Shown here one piece after another: positions 61,215 to 64,000 of a stretch of 64,000 bases of DNA. The notes under the pieces are model-generated. The model had not been told where the DNA came from. It worked only from the letters and a program-made list of their open reading frames with translations, and searched no databases. Source of the DNA: Klebsormidium nitens. Its lineage: Eukaryota; Plantae; Klebsormidiophyceae. The stretch is taken from positions 47,934 to 111,933 of the forward strand of contig DF237235.1 in the NCBI GenBank assembly GCA_000708835.1, in the 5' to 3' direction. The translations under genes were made by a program, and so were the position numbers. Position 1 is the first letter of the stretch. Each line of letters starts with the position of its first letter.

Positions 61215-62139
61215 AGCGAAACCTACGGAAGTAAGCATACAAGGGTGAGATGCTTTTGCACTAAGTCAAATGCTGAGATTGAGACATAGATATAGGAGTC
61301 GCATATATCTGTCTCGCACAAGCATTGGATGCCTTTATTGAACTATACCATGACGCTCTGTGGCTAGCTGCTGGCAAAGGTGGTTCTCTGGAGCATCATT
61401 TACAAATAGACTTGTTCACATTGCAGCTCTTTTCGTACACAAGCTGGGGAACTTAGTAGTCTAGTCGTCTGAGATAGGTCCTGAATTCACCTGTAAATTG
61501 TGACGGGGCAAAGTAATGCACGATGATGGTTATGGTAACCACGTGTGTATACACGTGTAAAGTAGCATGTATAGTACATGCCGACGGTGACTGGATACGT
61601 GGATTGCTGGCCACGCACACAAGAGCTCTGACATGCAGCTTTGCTCAGAATACGTCATGAGGTACGTACATCGAACTTGAAACATGGTATGTTGCAAAAT
61701 TGCGCCCGTGGTCCGGCCCATCGAATTAGATATTTCAACTTGTGAGATGCACTTACGTATATATATGCTCACGCGCTTATATGACGGTAGTATGTAGGAC
61801 ACGTTTTGGTTCATTCTGCTTATATCGGGGGCCGCCGCGCTAGGGCCCCAGTACCGGCACTGCATGGTATGATGCAATCTATGATTTCGTACATAACAGC
61901 CTCTCTCAGTGTTGCCAGAGCTTGAAAGGACCACAAATAATACCATTTGGCCGTTCAATATCTGCAGGCACACAAGCTTGAGTATTCAAACATACAAGCA
62001 AGTGCATCGTATGCTTTTTCTTCTATTGAGGCCAGTCTCCGATTCTTCATGCCATGACGATGCTCGGAGAAACAACTTTGTAAGGAGCACGTTCGTGGTT
62101 AGTGTCTGACATAGTGTCTGTCTTACTTTGCAACTCGTG

Positions 62140-63714
62140 TCAACCCGCCTGACCTGGAGGCCTCATAAAGTAGTTCATGAGAATGCCCATGACGCCAAAC
62201 CTGCAACAGACAAGGACGCAGTCTGTGAACCAATCAAGGGACAGAGTTCTCAAATCACGCTCTAAACCCAGAAGTTGTAGACCAGGTTCCGTGCTCACTG
62301 CTTGCAAAGTTCCTTCGTTCTATGAATACGCACCGCAACTTTCACACGATTCTCCATTTACTCCCTGGAGACCGGAGCCCCCCTTGCAAAAGGTCTTGAC
62401 TGCATCGCCAGCCTGTCCAAATACTCCAGCTTTGATTGAGCCTTGGGATAGTAGATTATTCGCGCCTGAGATGATGGAAGCAAACCGAGTAGGTAGGATA
62501 GCATCTGTAATCACTCCCCAGAGACACGGATCGCATTGGTAACTAGGGTGATGCATCTTCAGCCCGTCCACATCATTCAATCTGGAGATCGAGCCTCAGT
62601 TGATGGAAGAGCACCAAGTGGCAAGGAAGAGAAACTTACGAGATCCCTGGAATAATTTGCTTCATCTCCTGCTCCATGTACCTTATGTTTGCAAGGGCTG
62701 CCGCGGAGAAGAAGAAGGATATCCACGTAAAGATTTTCATCTGCATACATAGAACAGGAGGCTTAATCAGTAAGATAAATCGGGAGTCTTCAATGACATT
62801 ACTTGAAGAAGAGAGTTGCTTAATAATCATCAATTCGGTCGGCCACGCGTGAGCAATTCCACCAGAACAGGTGAGCCATAATATGGGAGAGGTGTTGAAT
62901 CAACCTTTCATAAAAGTCTTGTCAGCTGAAAGAAAGATGCGCAAGCAATTAGGCTAGTGGGCTGCTTTTCAACTGGTCACCAGTGGACTAAACAACATGA
63001 AAGGAAACTTTATACTGCATATTTCAAACAATCCGGGGGAAACGAAATGGAAATCGTAACCGGACCTGCAAACCATGATCAAGCGAGCAGAGTGCGATGG
63101 CTCGGACAGGGGTCTAGTGGTACAGCATATGGCTAGAAAAAAGTGATCACAGCATGATGTTCCAAGCTCTGCTGTGACGAGGAAGTGAGGAATCCTTTGC
63201 AAAGAATGCAGAGGGGAGGAAGTATGGGGCACTGCATCACAAGCTGAGCAAAGAGTCCAGGCTGTCTGATCAACGCACTCTTCTTGGGGGGAGAAATTTG
63301 CAGATGAAGCAACTAAGCGAGTGTCCAACTAAACAGAATGCAACTTTCACAACTTGCATTGCCTTCGTCAAACTCCCAGAACAGTTTCCCAAAGTCCCTT
63401 GGGAAGAAGGTGATCAACTCCACAACAAGTTACAGACCAACGCTTGCCCTCCCAAACCCTAATTCTGGCAGACACCAAACATGTTCGTTAGCTGGTTACC
63501 AGCAATTCATGAGCTGAACAAGAAGAAGCAACGGCAGCTCAATATATACCCGAATCAGAATGCCGAAAACCCCCGTTAGAATCGCAAGGAGCCCGAACCA
63601 GCTCGGAGGCAGGTCCTCCTCCTTGATCTTGGGTGCTTTATATGGGACCGCAGCGCTTGGATCTCGAGGGTCAGCAGCAGATGAAAACGATGCTGATCTC
63701 GACGAGGGGGCCAT
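62140..63714 (-). CDS. WDR83OS: Protein Asterix / PAT complex subunit (UPF0139)
   Basis: Exons 63714-63550, 62740-62640, 62200-62140 (108 aa). ADPRDPSAAVPYKAP, EDLPPSWFGLLAILTGVFGILIR, ALANIRYMEQEMKQI, FGVMGILMNYF. Confidence 0.9.
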
Positions 63715-64000
63715 CCTTTCTAAGTTCCCTTAACCAGACAATTCTTGCAGACACCGGTTTACATAGCATTCAATGATGCAGCCTAAGCAGATTTACCCCA
63801 GCTGCTCCCCGCACTTAAAGCCCAAACCTTAAAGAACCTTGCAATGAATTGTCACTACCCTGCTGGATGTTGGCTTTGTCTACGTATCCTAAAGCCCATC
63901 GCCAGCGGCGCTGTTTTTCTAGGATACTCTTTCAGTCTTGTCACTGTCAGTTGAGTACTGAGCACGAGTCAGCGCAGCCAAAACTCTGACCGCGCACACA

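Overview
Eukaryotic, intron-rich nuclear DNA. The gene mix (plant-type PM-ANT1 carrier and FyPP/PP6 alongside the flagellar genes IFT54 and DNAAF5) suggests a flagellate-producing streptophyte alga such as Klebsormidium; this is inference. I reconstructed 12 protein-coding genes exon by exon by hand, checking reading phase: aromatic amino-acid decarboxylase (truncated at window start), PM-ANT1-like carrier, DPB4/POLE3, DnaJ-type Zn-finger protein, IFT54, DUF2039 protein, PP6 catalytic subunit, a ~1450-aa SAM-domain/coiled-coil protein, DNAAF5, CWC15, YRDC/Sua5 and Asterix/WDR83OS. Non-coding features include a 484-bp poly(A)-tailed insertion with a 15-bp flanking direct repeat and a ~320-bp MITE-like inverted repeat. 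The most striking unexplained structure is that exon boundaries in five genes carry decayed tandem copies of themselves in the adjacent intron. Acceptor plus exon start is copied upstream, and exon end plus donor is copied downstream, mostly at 123-175 bp spacing. Other observations: eleven consecutive genes alternate strand, the gene-end spacers are dense in short palindromes, and all 13 introns of the SAM gene are phase 0. No rRNA, tRNA or CRISPR array was seen.
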